In this document: positions 8,432 through 19,784 of the stretch, in pieces
Numbering within the stretch: position 1 is the first letter of the stretch
How the letters are laid out: every line of letters starts with the position of its first letter
Assembly: GCA_963778655.1 (NCBI GenBank)
Contig: CAVZVA010000009.1
Coordinates: 576,001 to 640,000 of the forward strand
Reading direction: 5' to 3'
Length of the DNA stretch: 64,000 nt
From: an uncultured delta proteobacterium
Lineage (GTDB): Bacteria; Myxococcota_A; Polyangia; Polyangiales; JAFGIB01
The notes under the pieces: model-generated
Seen by the model: only the letters and a program-made list of their open reading frames with translations
The model's database searches: none
What the model was told of the DNA's origin: nothing
Translations under genes and position numbers: made by a program

Positions 8432-11083
8432 TCACTTGTGGCGAGGATCTGCCTCCGTGTCACCTTGCCGAACCTCTCGCTGTGCCTGGTCCCAATCCTC
8501 GGCCGCGTGGCCCTCCTGACGACCCCGCTGGGCATACAGCTCATAGGCACGCTTGGCGATCTCCGGTGTCAAATCGGATGATGCACTGACCGCAGCTTCC
8601 GGCTTGGGCCCGGAGGCGTCCGTCTCAGTCTTGGTGCCGGGCCTCGGAGAATCGAAAATCCGATATGCCAGCAATTTGACGCGGTCATTCACCAGGAACC
8701 ACGCGAGTGCATAGCCCCAGACGACCAGCGCCCAGCTCCAGCCCAGAGGCGTCATGAACAACCCGTACACCGCGATCAACGTTGCAGCAATTTGCGTGCC
8801 GAGCACGGCCAGCCACAACACCTTCGCGGGGCGGATGGACCAAAACGGGCCGCGTGTCCGCGTCAGGAATATCGTCAGATGTCCCGCCACCGACAGCTTC
8901 AAATACATCAGGGTTTGAATGTGCGGGCGGTCGAGATGGAAGACCCGCTCACCGAGGTAGAACAAGCCAAACGCGGCGACGACCCCGATGACGCCCAGCA
9001 CCGTGGAGATCCCCAGGACCATGCGCATGTTCCAGGCTTCGGGCTGGTCCTTGTAATGTACGTTGTCGTAGGCGATGGAAAGGATCGCGCCGTCATTGAG
9101 CAGTGCCAACATCACGATCATCACCGCGGTCAATGGGTAGAAATTGAAGAGCAGGATCGACAGCGTCATGAAGAACAGCACGCGTAGCGTTTCCGCGATG
9201 CGGTAAATCGCATAGCTGTTCATTCGTTGAAAGATTCTCCGGCTTTCCTTGATCGCGTCGATGATCACCGACAGCCCAGGTGTCATCAGCACAATGGCCG
9301 CGGCCGCTCGTGCTGCGTCGGTCGCGTCGGAAACGGCGATGCCACAGTCGGCCTTCTTCAGCGCGGGGGCGTCATTCACTCCGTCGCCGGTCATGCCCAC
9401 GATGTGACCGCGCTTTTGCAGGACGTCGACGATATGGAACTTGTGCTCCGGAAATACCTGCGCAAAGCCGTCGGCGTTCTCGATCGACTCGGCAACGGGT
9501 CCGATTTCCTCCCTTTTCGAATCGCCAAGGCTACTGGCGTCGAGGATATTTGCCCCCAGGTCGAGCTTCTTCGCCGTTTCCTTGGCGATCGCAAGTGCGT
9601 CGCCCGTCACCATCTTGACCTTCACACCCATCGCGAGCGCGGTCGCTATGGTTTCCTTCGCGTCGTCCCGCGGCGGATCGAACAAGGGCAGCACCCCAAC
9701 AAAGCTCCACTCGCCGTCGTCGCGGGCCGCAGCGACGCCCAGGGACCGAAAGCCGCGCTCGGCGAACTCATTGACCGCTGCGTCGACCGCGGGCCTGACC
9801 TGGTCCGCATTAGTCGACAGCCCCAAGATCACCTGCGGAGCACCCTTCGTGACCTTGAACTGCTTTCCATCTGTACCCCTGACACTCGCTTCAGTGCGCT
9901 TGTGCACTGGATCGAATGGCTGAAAATGCAAGACCTCGTAGCCTTTCAAGGCCTGGTCATCTTTCACTCCGCCCAGCACGGCCAAGTCGATGGTGTCTTT
10001 GTTGTCAGCGCGCGACGCCAACGCTGCATCGACGATGAGCTCCTCTGTGGCAATATTGTCGACGCTAAAGGGTTCGCCCAGCGTGAGCTTGTTCTGGGTC
10101 AGCGTGCCAGTCTTGTCCGCGCACAGCACGTCCACCCCCGCCAATTCCTCGATGGCGACCAACTGACTCACAATCGCCTCCTTCTTGGCGAGAAGGCGCG
10201 CGCCGACCGCCATCGTGACCGACAACACCGTGGGCATCGCCACCGGAATTGCCGCGACGGTAAGCACCAGGGCAAACTGCAAGGTCGTCAGAATTGGGTC
10301 CCCGCGGAAAATCGCAACGGCAACGATCACAGCCACGAGCGCCACGGCAAGGATGATCAGATAGTTGCCGATCTTTAGGACCGCCCTCTGAAAGTGGCTG
10401 ACGGTGTGCGCATCCTGGACCAGTCGCGCCGTCTTGCCGAAGTACGTGCCTGCACCCGTGGCATAGACCAAGGCGTCAATTTCGCCCTGACGAATGATCG
10501 ACCCCGAAAACACCGCCTCGCCGGGTTTTCGGGTGGCGGGCAATGACTCCCCAGTGAGCGCGGATTGATCCACCTCCACCGGGTTCCCGTCCAGCAAGCG
10601 CGCGTCGGCCGGAACGATATCACCCAGAAGCAGGCGAATGACGTCGCCCGGCACGACCTCGCGTGCCGCGGGATTGATCCATTTGCCGTCACGTTTCACC
10701 CGAGCCTTAATTGCCAGCTTCTTCTTTAGGGCCTCAATCGCGTTGCCCGCCTCGCGCTCCTCCCAGAACCCAACCACAGCGTTGGCCAGAAGAAGAACCA
10801 GGATGATGCCGAAGTCCGGCCAATGCCTGTCCACCGCCGAGAGCACGACGGCTGCTTCGATCATCCACGGAATGGGCCCCCAAAAATAGCTGAGGAATTT
10901 GAGAACCAGATTGGTCTTCTCCTCCTCGATCTCGTTCGGCCCATGCTGCGCCAGCCGTTTGGCCGCCTCGGCCTCGCTGAGGCCGTCCGGGGACGTCTCC
11001 AACTTCTCTTGCAGCTTCGCCATGGGAAGCGTCTTGAGGTCGTCCTTCGCAGCGGGCTTGGATTCCGGCGTCGACGTGCTCAT
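8432..11083 (-). CDS. Plasma-membrane-type proton-efflux P-type ATPase (P3A) with a C-terminal DUF2934-like domain
   Basis: Motifs TGES, AIPVAMPTVLSVTMAVGA, DKTGTLT, KGAPQ, TGDGVNDAP and TM6 LLNDGAILSIAYD. The tail reads EIAKRAYELYAQRGRQEGHAAEDWDQAQREV. Confidence 0.92.
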   Translation of the reverse strand: MSTSTPESKPAAKDDLKTLPMAKLQEKLETSPDGLSEAEAAKRLAQHGPNEIEEEKTNLVLKFLSYFWGPIPWMIEAAVVLSAVDRHWPDFGIILVLLLANAVVGFWEEREAGNAIEALKKKLAIKARVKRDGKWINPAAREVVPGDVIRLLLGDIVPADARLLDGNPVEVDQSALTGESLPATRKPGEAVFSGSIIRQGEIDALVYATGAGTYFGKTARLVQDAHTVSHFQRAVLKIGNYLIILAVALVAVIVAVAIFRGDPILTTLQFALVLTVAAIPVAMPTVLSVTMAVGARLLAKKEAIVSQLVAIEELAGVDVLCADKTGTLTQNKLTLGEPFSVDNIATEELIVDAALASRADNKDTIDLAVLGGVKDDQALKGYEVLHFQPFDPVHKRTEASVRGTDGKQFKVTKGAPQVILGLSTNADQVRPAVDAAVNEFAERGFRSLGVAAARDDGEWSFVGVLPLFDPPRDDAKETIATALAMGVKVKMVTGDALAIAKETAKKLDLGANILDASSLGDSKREEIGPVAESIENADGFAQVFPEHKFHIVDVLQKRGHIVGMTGDGVNDAPALKKADCGIAVSDATDAARAAAAIVLMTPGLSVIIDAIKESRRIFQRMNSYAIYRIAETLRVLFFMTLSILLFNFYPLTAVMIVMLALLNDGAILSIAYDNVHYKDQPEAWNMRMVLGISTVLGVIGVVAAFGLFYLGERVFHLDRPHIQTLMYLKLSVAGHLTIFLTRTRGPFWSIRPAKVLWLAVLGTQIAATLIAVYGLFMTPLGWSWALVVWGYALAWFLVNDRVKLLAYRIFDSPRPGTKTETDASGPKPEAAVSASSDLTPEIAKRAYELYAQRGRQEGHAAEDWDQAQREVRQGDTEADPRHK

Positions 11084-12117
11084 ACCTTCTCCATTGCGGC
11101 AGTGTATTCACCACGGCGCGCAGCCCGATTGCACCTGATCCTATGCGTCAGAGCTTGCTGTGCCGCCAACACGTGCGACGCTTCACCGCGCCACATCTCG
11201 AGGGCCGGTTGCTGGATGGCGCGCGCAAACGAGAAGGTCAGAGCCCAAGGCGCTCGCGACTTGAATCTGACGTTCATTGCGTTCAACCGTGCCGACGCGA
11301 GCGCGGGCGCTTGCCCGCCAGACAAGAACGCAACACCGGGCACAGCAGCCGGAACACTTCGCAGAAGACATCGAGCTGTGAGAGCGGCCACGTCATCGAC
11401 CGTCTCTTGCCTCGAACAACTCGATCCCGGAAGCACCATGTTAGGCTTCAGCAGAATGCCCTCGAGAGTAACCCGTTGTGCGTAGAGCTGGTTGAAGACC
11501 GTTTGCAGAACCTCTTCCGTGACCTCGAAGCAGCGCTTCATGGTGTGGTCGCCGTCCATGAGCACTTCCGGTTCGACGATCGGAGCCATCTCCGTCTCCT
11601 GGCACAATGCCGCGTAGCGAGCCAATGCCTGCGCGTTGGCCTCGATGCAACCGCGGCTCGGAAGGCCACCGTCCACGACGAAAACTGCCCTCCACTTGGC
11701 GAAGCGCGCCCCCATTCGTGAGTAGTCAGCCAGCCGCTCGCGCAGTCCGTCTAGGCCTTCGGTTACCTTCTCTCTCGGATGACCGGCCATGTCCTTGGCA
11801 CCCGTGTCCACTTTGATGCCAGGAACGATTCCAGCATCGGTGAGGGCTGTGACAAATGACCTGCCATCTTCTAGGTGCTGCCGGATTGTCTCGTCATATA
11901 GGATCGCACCACTAATGCATTGACCGAGCTCTGGCGCAGTAACAATCAACTCTCGATAGGTGCGCCGTGTCTCTTCGGTCTGGGGGATTCCCAAGCTCGC
12001 AAACCGGGCGTTGCAAGTCGAATTGCTCTCGTCCATGGCAAGCAGGCCCTTGTCATCGGCGACCAAGGCTTTTGCCGTGGCGATGAGCGCTTGTCCTTTC
12101 ACTTCAGGCTGCTCCAC
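11080..12117 (-). CDS. Class I fructose-bisphosphate aldolase
   Basis: Motifs [38 protein letters not shown] (Schiff-base Lys) and FLSGGQ. Overlaps the ATPase start (ATGA). Confidence 0.93.
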   Translation of the reverse strand: MEQPEVKGQALIATAKALVADDKGLLAMDESNSTCNARFASLGIPQTEETRRTYRELIVTAPELGQCISGAILYDETIRQHLEDGRSFVTALTDAGIVPGIKVDTGAKDMAGHPREKVTEGLDGLRERLADYSRMGARFAKWRAVFVVDGGLPSRGCIEANAQALARYAALCQETEMAPIVEPEVLMDGDHTMKRCFEVTEEVLQTVFNQLYAQRVTLEGILLKPNMVLPGSSCSRQETVDDVAALTARCLLRSVPAAVPGVAFLSGGQAPALASARLNAMNVRFKSRAPWALTFSFARAIQQPALEMWRGEASHVLAAQQALTHRIRCNRAARRGEYTAAMEKV

Positions 12118-14468
12118 TTCCAGTTGCGAACTTCCGGCATGTCCTGGCCGTTCTTGGTGATGTATTGCTTGTGCTCGATCAGTTTGTCCTTGAGCTGCTG
12201 CTTTAGGTAAACGCCCGCGTCGCCGGTCTGTGGTAGGCGGTCGATGGTGTCCATCACGAGATGAAAGCGGTCCATGTCGTTCAGTACGGTCATGTCGAAG
12301 GGCGTAGTGATGGTGCCCTCCTCCTTGTAGCCGCGAACGTGAATGTTATCGTGGTTGGTTCGGCGGTAGGTCAGCCGGTGGATCAACCACGGGTAAGCAT
12401 GGAAGGCGAAGATGACCGGTTTGTCCTTGGTGAAGAGCTCATCGAAATCCGTGTCGCTCAGACCGTGCGGGTGCTCGGTTTGCGGTTGGAGCTTCATCAG
12501 GTCGACGACGTTGACCACGCGAATTCTGAGCTCGGGCAGGCGCTCGCGCATGATCGACACGGCTGCGAGCGTCTCCAGCGTCGGCACATCCCCACAGCAG
12601 GCCATGACGACGTCCGGCGCAGCGCCCTGGTCATTGCTGGCCCACTGCCAGATGCCGATGCCTTCGGCGCAGTGCTCGACGGCAGCATCCATCGCCAACC
12701 ATTGTGGCGCCGGGTGCTTGCCCGCGATCACGACGTTGACGTAGTGGCGGCTACGCAAGCAGTGGTCTATCACCGAGAGCAGGCAGTTTGCATCCGGCGG
12801 AAGATAGACCCGGACGATCTCGGCCTTTTTGTTCACGACGTGATCGATGAAACCGGGATCCTGGTGGGTGAAGCCGTTGTGATCTTGGCGCCAGACGTGC
12901 GACGCCAAGAGGTAGTTCAGCGAAGCGATTTTGCGGCGCCACGGCAGATCTGCGGTCACCTTGAGCCACTTGGCGTGTTGGTTGAACATCGAGTCGATGA
13001 TGTGAATGAAAGCCTCGTAGCAATTGAAAATGCCGTGCCGTCCCGTGAGCAGGTAACCCTCGAGCCAGCCCTCGCATTGATGCTCGCTGAGCATTTCCAT
13101 GACGCGCCCAGTGGGCGCGAGAAACTCGTCGTTGGCCACGGTAGCGGCGTCCCACTGGCGTTTGGTCACCTCGAAGATCGCCTCCAGGCCGTTGGAAATT
13201 GTTTCGTCAGGGCCAAAGACGCGGAAATTCCGCTGTTCGGCGTTCAGTTGCGCGACATCGCGCAGGAATCGTCCGAGCACGTGCGTGTCGCCAATGCCGC
13301 GTACGCCGGGTGAAGGCACCTCGGCGGCGTACTCGCGAAAGTCGGGCATTCGCAGGTCGCGCAGCAGCATGCCGCCGTTGGCGTGGGGATTGGCGCCCAT
13401 GCGTCGCTCGCCCTTGGGCGCAAGCTCTGCCAGTTCCGCCTTCAAGCGGCCCCGCTCGTCGAATAACTCGTGGGGCCGGTAGCTCCGCAGCCAGGTCTCC
13501 AATAGCTGGAGGTGCTTCGGGTGGGTGGCCGGGTCGGAGAGCGGCACCTGGTGGGCGCGGAAGGTGCCTTCAACCTGCAGTCCGTCGACGATCTTGGGCC
13601 CCGTCCAGCCCTTGGGGGACTTGAGAACGATCATCGGCCAGCGCGGACGTACGAACTTTCCATGAAGGCGGGCGTCCTGCTGGATCCTTCTGATCTCCTC
13701 AATGGCCTCATCCAGCGCGGACGCCATGGCCTCGTGCATGAGCTCAGGCTCGTGACCCTCGACGAAGTAGGGCGTCCAGCCATAGCCGCGGAGCAGTTGC
13801 TCCAATTCGTCAGGTTCGATGCGCGCGAGGATGGTTGGGTTTGAAATCTTGTAGCCGTTGAGGTGCAAGATCGGCAGCACCGCTCCGTCTGTGACGGGAT
13901 CGAGAAACTTGTTGGAATGCCACGCCGTGGCCAACGGACCTGTCTCCGCCTCACCATCACCAATGACGCAGGCGACGACGAGATCGGGATTGTCGAATAC
14001 TGCCCCGAACGAGTGGCTGAGGGAGTAGCCCAGCTCTCCCCCCTCGTGAATGGAGCCCGGGCACTCCGGTGATGCGTGGCTTGGAATGCCTCCGGGAAAC
14101 GAAAACTGAAGGAAGAGCTTCCGCAGGCCCGACTCGTCTCGACTGACGTCGGGATAAATCTCGCTGTAAGTGCCTTCGAGGTAGGTGTTGCCCACGACGG
14201 CCGGGCCGCCGTGCCCGGGACCGGAGACGTAGATCATGTCGAGGTCGTACTTCTTGATAATCCGGTTCAGGTGCACATAGATGAAGTTCTGTCCGGGCGT
14301 CGTGCCCCAATGTCCCAACAGCATGTGCTTCACGTCGGCGAGCGTTAGCGGCCGCTTTAGCAGCGGATTTTCGTACAGATAGATCTGGCCGACCGCCAAA
14401 TAATTGGCCGCGCGCCAGTAGGCATCCATCTTGCGAAGAAGGTCGTCGGTGAGCACTTTGGGTTTCAT
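12099..14468 (-). CDS. xfp: Xylulose-5-P/fructose-6-P phosphoketolase
   Basis: Motifs [51 protein letters not shown] and [14 protein letters not shown]. Start reassigned to MKPKVL at 14468. Confidence 0.95.
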   Translation of the reverse strand: MKPKVLTDDLLRKMDAYWRAANYLAVGQIYLYENPLLKRPLTLADVKHMLLGHWGTTPGQNFIYVHLNRIIKKYDLDMIYVSGPGHGGPAVVGNTYLEGTYSEIYPDVSRDESGLRKLFLQFSFPGGIPSHASPECPGSIHEGGELGYSLSHSFGAVFDNPDLVVACVIGDGEAETGPLATAWHSNKFLDPVTDGAVLPILHLNGYKISNPTILARIEPDELEQLLRGYGWTPYFVEGHEPELMHEAMASALDEAIEEIRRIQQDARLHGKFVRPRWPMIVLKSPKGWTGPKIVDGLQVEGTFRAHQVPLSDPATHPKHLQLLETWLRSYRPHELFDERGRLKAELAELAPKGERRMGANPHANGGMLLRDLRMPDFREYAAEVPSPGVRGIGDTHVLGRFLRDVAQLNAEQRNFRVFGPDETISNGLEAIFEVTKRQWDAATVANDEFLAPTGRVMEMLSEHQCEGWLEGYLLTGRHGIFNCYEAFIHIIDSMFNQHAKWLKVTADLPWRRKIASLNYLLASHVWRQDHNGFTHQDPGFIDHVVNKKAEIVRVYLPPDANCLLSVIDHCLRSRHYVNVVIAGKHPAPQWLAMDAAVEHCAEGIGIWQWASNDQGAAPDVVMACCGDVPTLETLAAVSIMRERLPELRIRVVNVVDLMKLQPQTEHPHGLSDTDFDELFTKDKPVIFAFHAYPWLIHRLTYRRTNHDNIHVRGYKEEGTITTPFDMTVLNDMDRFHLVMDTIDRLPQTGDAGVYLKQQLKDKLIEHKQYITKNGQDMPEVRNWKWSSLK

Positions 14469-14491
14469 GTTTCTATCTTCCGAATTGAAGC

Positions 14492-17039
14492 TCATCGCTG
14501 CCACAGGATTCGAGCGTTTTCGAGTGGCACGGCGACACCGTCGAAGCGTGGTAGGACTCGCGCTGTGTAGTCGCCTGCAGGGCGGGCCGCGGACACAGGC
14601 GCGCTGTAGAGGTAGCCACCGGAGGCGCCGGCCAGGCGCCGGTCTCGCTTCATTTCGTGCTGCACGGGAGCGCCGTCCATGAGGCCATCGGCAAAAAGCT
14701 CTACGCGCACGGTCTTGGGGTCGAGCTCGCCGAGATACACCTGGACCTCGAATACGTGCTGATCGCCTCGCTCCTCGATCTTCAGCTCGCCGAAGCGCAC
14801 CGTGGCCCAGTTCTGTTCCAGGTTGTGTTTCCATTCGACAATCTGCTTGCCGATGGCCCCTTTGTTCGCGCTTCGCAGACGGTAAGCGTTCGCCGCCGGA
14901 AGATAGTGTTCCTCGGTGTATTCACGCACCGTGCGGTTGGTAGAGAAGTGCGGCGTCAACCGGGCCATGCTTTCCCGCATCCGCTTGACCCATGCGGTCG
15001 GAATTCCGTCTTCGCCACGGGCATAGAACTCCGGGATTACCTTCCGCTCCAGCAGGTCGTAAAGCGCGTCGGCTTCTGCCGCGTCCCAGACGAGGTCGTC
15101 ACCGTGTTCCTGGCCGTCCCCCAGCGCCCACCCCAGCTCAGGCGCGTAGGCCTCCGCCCACCAGCCGTCCAATTCGGAGAGGTTGATGCCGCCGTTGACC
15201 AGCACCTTCATGCCGCTTGTTCCGCTCGCTTCCCAGGGTCGCCGTGGGGTGTTGATCCAGACGTCCACGCCTTGCACCAGATGCTCCGTCAACAGCATGT
15301 CGTAGTCGCTCAGAAAGACGATGTGAGATCGGTTTCCTGGCTGGCGGATGAACGTCACCCACTCATGGATCAAGGCCTGCCCCGCGTGATCCTCCGGATG
15401 GGCCTTGCCGGCGATGATGAGCTGCACCGGGCGGTCAGAATTCGGTCAAAAGCCGCAGCAAGCGCGCCCGATCATGCAGCAGCAGGTTCGGTCTCTTGTA
15501 GGTCGCGAAGCGGCGCGCAAAGCCGAGGGTCAATGCGTCGGGATCGAACACATGCTGCGCGGCTTCGATCGCCTCGGGCGAAGCGCCCGAGATGGTGAGT
15601 TGCCGGGACAATCGCCCGCGGGCATATTCAACCAGTGCCTTGCTGGTTGCGGTACGAAATTTCCAGAGCCTGGCGTCGGACACGCGCCGCATGTCCTGCT
15701 CCAAGGTGTCCACGGTCCCCAACCAGCGGTCCTTGCCACAGGCTTCCGTCCAGAGGTCATCGGCCTCGGCCGAATCCCAGGTCGGCATGTGTACCCCGTT
15801 CGTCACGTGCCCGACCGGCACTTCGCTCTCCGGCCAGTGCGGAAAGAGCGGCTCGAAGATGTGCCGGCTCACCTTTCCGTGCAGGCGGCTCACGGCGTTG
15901 ACCTCGCCGCTGCCGCGGATTGCCAAGTAGGCCATGTTGAAGCTCTCGGAGGAGTCGTCTGGGTTCTGGCGCCCGAGGGCCAGCAGGTCGTGGAGTGTTA
16001 TCCCCAGCTTCTGCTCGGCATAGCCAGCGAGGTATCGCTTGATGAGTGCCGGGGCGAATCGGTCGAAGCCGGCGGCGACCGCCGTGTGGGTAGTGAAAAG
16101 GTTGCCAGCTCGAGTGACGGCAAGGGCGACTTCGAACGGCTGCGCGGTTTCTTGCATGAAGCTGAGTGCGCGTTCCAAGACGGCAAAGGCCGCGTGCCCT
16201 TCATTGAGATGACAGACCTCCGGTTGGATGCCAAGCGCAGCAAGGAGTCTCCATCCGCCAATCCCGAGCAGCAGCTCTTGCTTGAGGCGAAGCTCAGGTC
16301 CGCCGCCATACAGCTCGTTGGTGATCGCACGATGAGCGGGAAAATTGGCCGCGTCATTGCTATCGAGCAGGTAAAGCTTCACTCGGCCGACCTGGACCTG
16401 CCACGCGCGCACCCAAACCGAGTAGCCGGGCAACGCGATCTCCAACCGGAGCCACTCGCCATTCGCTTGGCGCAATGGGGTGATTGGCAGCTGTCCGGGA
16501 TCGTTGTACGGAAATAGGGCCTGTTGCGATCCGTCCTGGGTGATCACCTGGCGAAAATAGCCTTGTTGGTACAGCAGGCCCACGCCGACCACTGGCACGC
16601 CGAGATCGCTGGTCGCTTTGAGCTGATCGCCGGCGACATTGCCAAGGCCGCCCGAGTAGATGGGCAGAGCTTCGCTCAACATGAATTCCATGCTGAAATA
16701 CGCGGCGCAGCTCAGCGGGCTCTGTGAATGGTGCTGCTGAAACCACGCAGGCGCCTCCGCCGATTTGCGCCTGACGCGGACGAGCGCGTCAACTCTCTTG
16801 CGAAAGACGGGATCGGCCAGCAGCCGCTCGATCCGCTCGCGCGAGACTGTCTGAAGAACAACCCAGGGGTTATGCGTGATTTCCCATAGTTGAGGGTCGA
16901 GCTGGCGCCACACGTCGTCGGTAGCGTGATTCCATGACCACCGCATATTCAGGGCGAGCTCGGCGAGGAAATCGAAGCCTTCGACTTCCATCGGTAGAAG
17001 CCCATAGATCGGATGGCTGACTCGGGTTTCTTTGCTCAT
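14492..17039 (-). pseudogene. glgP: Alpha-glucan (glycogen/maltodextrin) phosphorylase split by a single +1 frameshift at ~15443-15445 (true lesion or sequencing error)
   Basis: The N-terminal part has YFSMEF, YSGGLG and GFARRFATYKR. The C-terminal part has AGKAHP and EASGTSGMK (PLP Lys). Removing one base in ACCGAATTCT restores L-T-N-S-D-R-P-V-Q and a ~848-aa ORF. Confidence 0.9.
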
Positions 17040-17112
17040 GGTGATTGAATGTAGGAGTGGGATTGCACGTTGCGCGACGCTTCAGTGTGTGGGCTTGCTG
17101 GCTTGCGGCGAG

Positions 17113-18768
17113 CTACGCTCCAGGGCCGCCCTCGAAACACCGGCTGACAGCCGTCTGGGCCTCGTCCAGGATGCGGTGCAGATGATCTGCGCCCTGGAAG
17201 CTTTCCGCGTAGATCTTGTAGATATCCTCGGTCCCCGATGGGCGAGCCGCAAACCATCCGCTTTCAGCTATTACCTTGAGGCCGCCGAGCGGCGCGCCGT
17301 TGCCCGGCGCGCGAGTGAGGACCGTCTGGATCTTTTCGCCCGCCAAGTCGCTGATCGCGATCTGGTCAGGCGAGAGCTCTGCCAACAACTTCTTTTGAGC
17401 CGGCGTAGCGGGCGCCTCGACGCGCTCGTAAAGGGGCTCCCCGAAGTCGCGCGTGAGCTCGCAATAGATCTCGCCGGGGTCGCGGTTCATCCGCGCGGTG
17501 ATTTCGGCCGCGAGTAGTGCCGGGACAATTCCGTCTTTGTCTGTCGTCCAGACGCTGCCATCCAGCCGAAGCAGAGATGCGCCGGCGCTTTCCTCGCAGC
17601 CGACGCCAAGTGATCCGTCGAGTAGACCCTCGACAAACCACTTGAAACCGACCGGGACTTCGTACAGCTTTCGGCCGAGCCTGGTGGTGACGCGGTCGAT
17701 CATTTGACTGCTCACCACGGTCTTTCCGATTGCCGCGTCCTGGCGCCACTTGGGCCGGTGTTGGAACAGGTAGAAGATCGCGGCCGATAGGTAGTGGTTG
17801 GGTGGCAGCAGTCCCGCGCTTTTGGTGACGACGCCGTGCCGGTCGTGGTCGGTATCGCAGGCGAAGGCGATCTCGAAGCGGTCCTTGAGGGCGATCAACT
17901 TCTGCATTGCGTAGGGGGACGATGGATCCATACGGATCTGGCCGTCCCAGTCCACGGTCATGAACCGAAAGGTCGGGTCAACGGCCTCGTTCACCACCGT
18001 GAGGCTCAAGCCGTAGCGCTCGGCGATTGGCCCCCAGTAGTGGACACCGGCGCCTCCAAGGGGGTCGACTCCGATGCGGATCTTCGCGTGGCGAATGGAA
18101 TCCAGGTCGAGCACATTGGCGAGGTCGGCGACGTATGCATTGAGATAGTCGTGCCGGTGCGTCGTCGAGGCATGGAGAGCTCTCTCGAATGGAATCCGCT
18201 TCAACCCCAGCAGGTCGTTCTCGAGCAGGGCGTTCGCTTTCGCCTCGATCCAGGCGGTGACGGCAGATGCGGCCGGGCCGCCGTTTGGGGGGTTGTATTT
18301 GAACCCGCCGTCATGGGGCGGATTGTGCGACGGAGTAATGACGATACCGTCGGCAAGCCCTGTCTTGCGCGCGCGGTTGTACGTGAGAATGGCGTGGGAA
18401 ATCGCGGGCGTCGGGGTGTACTCGTCTCCCGCCGCGAGCATCACTTCCACCCCGTTGGCGGCCAGCACCTCGAGCGCGCTGGCAAGGGCAGGCACGGACA
18501 GGGCATGCGTGTCCATGCCTAGAAAGAGCGGGCCGTCGATCTTCTCCTGCTTCCGGTACAGGCAAATGGCCTGACTTATCGCGAGGATGTGCCGTTCATT
18601 GAAGGCCGTTTCAAACGCAGACCCGCGGTGGCCCGAAGTGCCGAACGCGACCCGTTGTTCCGGCACTGAAGGATCTGGCTTCTCCGTATAGTAGGCCGTG
18701 ACGAGTCTGGGCACGTCCACCAGCATCGAAGCTTCGGCCAGCTTTCCTGCACGAGAGCTTACCTTCAT
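17113..18768 (-). CDS. pgm: Phosphoglucomutase (alpha-D-glucose phosphate-specific)
   Basis: Motifs FGTSGHRG, TPSHNP, CDTDHDRH, VGFKWF and RPSGTEDIYKIYAESF. Confidence 0.95.
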   Translation of the reverse strand: MKVSSRAGKLAEASMLVDVPRLVTAYYTEKPDPSVPEQRVAFGTSGHRGSAFETAFNERHILAISQAICLYRKQEKIDGPLFLGMDTHALSVPALASALEVLAANGVEVMLAAGDEYTPTPAISHAILTYNRARKTGLADGIVITPSHNPPHDGGFKYNPPNGGPAASAVTAWIEAKANALLENDLLGLKRIPFERALHASTTHRHDYLNAYVADLANVLDLDSIRHAKIRIGVDPLGGAGVHYWGPIAERYGLSLTVVNEAVDPTFRFMTVDWDGQIRMDPSSPYAMQKLIALKDRFEIAFACDTDHDRHGVVTKSAGLLPPNHYLSAAIFYLFQHRPKWRQDAAIGKTVVSSQMIDRVTTRLGRKLYEVPVGFKWFVEGLLDGSLGVGCEESAGASLLRLDGSVWTTDKDGIVPALLAAEITARMNRDPGEIYCELTRDFGEPLYERVEAPATPAQKKLLAELSPDQIAISDLAGEKIQTVLTRAPGNGAPLGGLKVIAESGWFAARPSGTEDIYKIYAESFQGADHLHRILDEAQTAVSRCFEGGPGA

Positions 18769-18865
18769 GACTCCTCGGCGAAGGCCGCGGTGGAACTTTG
18801 CATCAGCGCTTCAGCGGCTGCACAGGCCCGGCTTTGGTGGCATAAGCACGCTTTGAGGAGGCGCC

Positions 18866-19477
18866 ATGCCGGCGGCACTGGAGGGTCGCGACATGTTCAA
18901 GCTCTGGCTCGTACGTCACGGGGAAACCAGGTGGAGCGCCGCGGGCCGCCACACGGGGCGCACCGATCTCGCGCTCACGGCGCGCGGCGAACGGCAGGCC
19001 GAGCATCTGCGACTGCGGCTCAGCGGGCGGGATTTTGCGCTCGTGCTGACAAGCACTCTGCGACGCGCGCGCGACACGTGTCGAATCGCGGGTTATGAGG
19101 ACCGTGCGCTTCCGGACACCGATCTCTGCGAATGGGACTACGGTCGCTACGAGGGTCGGACCAGCGACGAAATCCGGCTCGAGGACCCGGGCTGGACAAT
19201 TTGGGATGCTGGAGTCCCAGGCGGCGAGACGCTGGCTGAGGTGGGGGTTCGTGTGGATCGCGTGCTCGCCCGCGCCCTCGAGGCGCCGGGCGACGTCGCG
19301 CTCTTCTCCCACGGCCATTTGCTGCGGATCCTCGCCGCACGCTGGCTGCGCCTGGCGCCTGAGACGGGACGCGCGTTCGCGCTGCACGCGGCCTCGGTGA
19401 GCGTTCTGGGCTGCGAGTCCGAGGAGCGCGTCATCGAGCTCTGGAACGACGTCAACCACCTCGCGGCGGGGGAGTGA
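18866..19477 (+). CDS. Histidine phosphatase (phosphoglycerate mutase-like) family protein
   Basis: Motifs LVRHGET, EWDYGRYEG, PGGET and FSHGH. Alternative start at 18893. Confidence 0.88.
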   Translation: MPAALEGRDMFKLWLVRHGETRWSAAGRHTGRTDLALTARGERQAEHLRLRLSGRDFALVLTSTLRRARDTCRIAGYEDRALPDTDLCEWDYGRYEGRTSDEIRLEDPGWTIWDAGVPGGETLAEVGVRVDRVLARALEAPGDVALFSHGHLLRILAARWLRLAPETGRAFALHAASVSVLGCESEERVIELWNDVNHLAAGE

Positions 19478-19784
19478 TCGAAGAGGTGCTGCGGGATGCA
19501 GAAGTGCAACTCGCATGCGCTCTTGAAGTCGGGCCTCCGATCGCGCGGCGAACAGTGACGCGGATCCGCGCCATGCGTCCACCGGGCAATGTCGCATCCA
19601 TAGCGCCGACCACGGCGCCATGAAGAGTGCTCTCGCAGAATAGGGTTTCGGGCTGGCATGGCGCGGATCATTGCCGCGTGCTCGAATGGTGGAAGTGGCG
19701 GCCAAGGAACGACGCTTTCGAGGCGGGTCTTGACGCATTTGCCAGCCACGACGCATGGGCTGCACGAGACGCCGGGTAGACAAT

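Noticed and set aside
19660..19676. Sigma-54-like TGGCGCGGATCATTGC upstream of TMEM175
   Set aside because: GG-N11-GC spacing, whereas sigma-54 spacing is strict.
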